Below, piece by piece: positions 60,462 through 64,000 of a DNA stretch of 64,000 bases. Made by a program: the position numbers and the translations under genes. The DNA comes from Yuukianura sp. NJ FZ-2021 (taxonomy: Eukaryota). The notes beneath the pieces were generated by a model that worked only from the letters and a program-made list of their open reading frames with translations, was not told the DNA's origin and did no database searches. The stretch covers positions 11,718,001 through 11,782,000 of the forward strand of contig CM102286.1 in assembly GCA_046563655.1 (NCBI GenBank), written 5' to 3'. Numbering within the stretch: the first letter of the stretch is position 1; each line of letters begins with the position of its first letter.

Positions 60462-61994
60462 AGCCCGGTTTACAGCACAGAGTTTTGCCTAGGCAATACA
60501 CGCATGCTAGCAAAATCGGTCATTTTGCCATGCGCGTGTTTGAGATTTTGCCACGCAGTTTACACGTTACACGCTTTTGCTAGCCAAAACCTTTGCCTAC
60601 GCAAAAAAACACTTCTTTTTGCTAGCAAAATCGAGAAACTACCCGGACATTATTTTTGGCTAGGCAAAGCAAAATCACCCCGCAAAATTTGTAAATTTTA
60701 CAATTGAGCCAGTAATTAAAGTATTGTTTGTGTCTGTTATTAGAAGTGAACTAGTAGTTTAGCCAGTATTATCCTTTCATAATACTGTGTACTGGGTTCT
60801 AACCAATTATTAACACGGGGAAATAAGAAAGGCGATTAACCGAATAACTTATTAGCTCAAACAGCTGCTTTGGAATCAATGGCAAGAACATTACCCGAAT
60901 CCGGTAAGTGTAATAGAGGTAACTGTAGTTTTACATACAGCATAAGTTAAATGCAGCATAGGTTAGTACTTATTTGTCACCGACTATTTCAAGTGGTATT
61001 CCTAGCTATAATACCGAAATCTCTTTTGGCTTATTTATGCTATATTGTTTTATTATTTTCTAACCTATGTTTTACAGAGTCAGACTGCAAGCAGGTATGG
61101 ACGTCTATACGTCAATGCCTGTGATATCGGAGCAAGTCCAAAAAGAAGAAGAAATCCGGTGAACCGGCTTAACTGGAAGACGGACCTAAGCAACGAATGG
61201 CATTGACGATACTACTTCAATCGAATTGAACAATGATTGGTAGTTATGGGAGGAACTGAAGCTCCTTCTTGAATCTAAACCTGCTCGAAGGTTAGCCTAA
61301 CGTACCTAAACCTAACCTATTGACCAAGTGCCACTGTCTACTAACTAATCGTGATGTATATCCCATTTTTATTAATAGGACACTTGATTCCGTGGTTACT
61401 GAATACTCTCCTCCCATCACCCCTGAGGAATTTGGCCTAGTCGACGTAGAGCAAGAACTTTTCCAGATTTTTTACAAACTTTGGCATTTCCATCTGATCC
61501 TGGACTATCCACACAACAGAACGCTCCGATTCTACTTCTACTCCAGTTTACGTTTTTGTTTACGTATTTTAAGTGAACACAGCGTTCTAGAATTACATAG
61601 GTTAGATAATTAAAGTTGTTTATAACTTTAACCAGCATCAATGTAATCTAAATTCTTTTTTTGGTAAACAATCTAACCTACACTTAATCTAAATACGTAC
61701 TTAATAAAAGTAATTAAATTATTATGATTCTTCACTCAGCATTATGTTCTTTTGGTACTTTTTAACTAATTTCGGTTATTTCTCGTAAGAATTTAATTAT
61801 ACTTTCACAATCTCATTTTGCCATCCAGAATCATATGTTGGCAAACTCCTGTAAACTGGGTAGCAAAGACCCTGGCAAAATGGGCTAGCATTTTCGGTTT
61901 TGCACACCGTTTTGCCAGCGTGTGTTTGGCTAGGCAAAATGAAATTTTTTTTGCCAGGTCATTTTTTTTGCCAGGCTGTCCTGTAACCGGGGCT
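60462..61994 (+). mobile_element. Decayed PIF/Harbinger element with a MADF/Myb-SANT-like pseudogene fragment
   Basis: TIRs AGCCCGGTTTACAG / CTGTAACCGGGGCT, TTA TSD, subterminal TTTTGC(C/T)A repeats. ~61078-61270 reads DCKQVWTSIRQCL*YRSKSKKKKKSG...W*LWEELKLL, with stops. Confidence 0.7.
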
Positions 61995-62379
61995 TTAATA
62001 AATTAAGCTAACAATTTAATAAAAAAATCATTTAATTTAGGTTTAACAAGTAACTAATAACAGTACAGTCAATTAGGAGAAAGGAACCGCATAGTGTAAC
62101 CGAATAGAACGATTAATCTTGGCGTTAATTAGCAAACAGGTGACGGGCTGGGTTAGTATTCGAGGAGTTCCAGAATCCTAACGGGAAAGTCTGAGAATAA
62201 CGTAAGTTTAACGTTAGATCAATGGTAAATCGATCTAACGGTTCTGTTTCATGTCCGTAACTGTATCGTCGACTACAGTGTGTGTGTTAGTTATATTAAA
62301 TTGACTTTATGTATCATGTAATAGGTTTCGGTAAACGCCTGGACAGCTCAGAGAACGGGACACCACACCGGACTGCACA

Positions 62380-63596
62380 ATGGACATGAATTTCTTGGAC
62401 TTTGGATTGGATTCTGAATCGGAGGGCGAGGACTCTAAAATGGACTGCATGGACAGGTACTGTGAAGCAATTGTGGAATTGAATTGTTCAAGACAGTTAT
62501 ACAGTATAACTGTCTTGAACAATTCAATTAACTTATACTTACGATTAGTTGAACGACTGGTTCCCATGCATTTTTCAGTGACGAAGAAGACGAAATCGAG
62601 GCAGCGACGTTGCTGAAAATGATGACCAGTAAAATTCCAATGCCACATTCAAAAACCAAAAAGGAGCAGGACCTTGAAAACTTTCAGGCTGAAATGGAAA
62701 TGGAACTAAACCGACGAGCACAAGCAGTGGAAACTGAGGGCGGCGTTGAACATCAAAAATCTCTGAGCCGGTCATCATCCACATCATCTCTAAATACTAC
62801 ACCTTCGGCTGTCGCTTCCACTTCTAGCATGTTCGGTGACAACGTCGCTGCTGCAACGAAGGCGATGTCGCGAAAATCCAGTATAAAAAAGAAATCAGGC
62901 AAAAATGAGACCGAGACCCAAGAAGCAACAGCGAAACAGAGAAGCGTACGTTTTACGGATGATCCAGCAACTGTGACGTCGGAAAAAGTTGTCAGAGACA
63001 AAGCCAAGGAAATGTATGATGAAATTTACTTCGATTCTGACGAGGACCAAGAGGAAGATTCTGAAAGCAAAGAAAAACGCAAGAGTGGCCGTAAATTCCT
63101 TACTAACGATGAGTTATTTTACGACCCAGCAGCGGACGACAAGGATCAGGATTGGGTTGACAATCAACGCACTTCATATTTTTCACCACCACAATCCAAA
63201 CCCAAAGCTGCCGGCGGTAAATCAAAATCTGCTAAACCCGAAATCAAGCCACTACCAAACTCCGATGCTGTTTTAAACTGCGCTGCGTGTTTCACAGTGC
63301 TTTGTCTTGATTGTCAGAAACACGAATTCTACGAAGGCCAGTATCGTGCCATGTTTGTTCGTAACTGTGTTACGAATAAGACTGAAAATAGATACGTTCC
63401 ATCGAAATCTGAACGATTCAAGAACCGGAAACGAAAAGTGAACGGTGAACTACCTGCTGGGAGTGTATCAATGTCAGAACCTGAACCAGCTGACATTTTC
63501 AACCCCGTGAACTGTAAAGTTTGCAATACAGAAGTTGCTGTCATTGACCGTGACGAAGTCTATCACTTCTTCAATGTCCTCTCATCGCATTCCTAG
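62380..63596 (+). CDS. EAPP: E2F-associated phosphoprotein
   Basis: Exon 1 from 62380, exon 2 from ~62579. Motifs YDEIYFDSD, NDELFYDPAADDKDQDWV, SDAVLNCAACFTVLCLDCQKHE...QYRAMFVRNC and PVNCKVCNTEVAVIDRDEVYHFFNVLSS (Eapp_C). Confidence 0.92.
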
Positions 63597-64000
63597 GTAA
63601 CTTCACAACGTTTTTTAAATAATACTTTAGCTGTTTCTCTTCTAAACATCAATTAAAAGTAAAATAATTGCTGTAAAGCTCTTCATATTCATTCCGTTTT
63701 TACATTACTGCAAGCATTTTATTGAATTTCAACACTCGCACGGAAACGTAGTTTAGATTCTAAATTTTAGAAAACTGTAAAATCTTCAGGCTAGCTGTAG
63801 AAACACTATTAGGTGATGACACTCAAGTGACAGATAGTAGTGACACAATAACGCATATTTGACATACGCAAACATGAACCAGCTGATGCTACTATTATAA
63901 TTACCGTTAACCGATGTAATGTTAACTCTTGGTGTTGACTTAGCCTGTTAGTGTTACTAACTGTTGGGCTAGTCCTCATGTTCGTAAATCTTTCTTCCTG

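Overview
Eukaryotic (arthropod-type, AT-rich, many short GT-AG introns) genomic DNA. Host genes: the 5' half of an Alk-like receptor tyrosine kinase (MAM-LDLa-MAM, minus strand, running off the left edge), an orphan secreted-protein gene (~33.3-35.6 kb), CWC22, CEBPZ/Mak21, menin, an LDLa-LRR-7TM relaxin-family receptor (LGR3/4-like) with a DGAT2/MOGAT gene nested antisense in one intron, a small orphan 3-exon gene and EAPP. Several MITEs and a decayed PIF/Harbinger element are also present. The standout is a 6,258-bp element (6096-12353) inside an Alk intron. It has Polinton/Maverick hallmarks (5'-AG...CT-3' ends, perfect 6-bp target-site duplication GTTATA, ~1.2-kb terminal inverted repeats). 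It carries only an intact minor capsid (penton) gene, a small basic ORF and an intact major capsid gene, with no room for pPolB, integrase, packaging ATPase or protease. It looks like a capsid-only satellite or one segment of a segmented polintovirus. A 74-nt tRNA-like, Pol III-type unit sits at the inner edge of the right TIR, and nuclear-receptor-type motifs are clustered in both TIRs. All protein identifications come from recognising motifs by eye; no database search was run.
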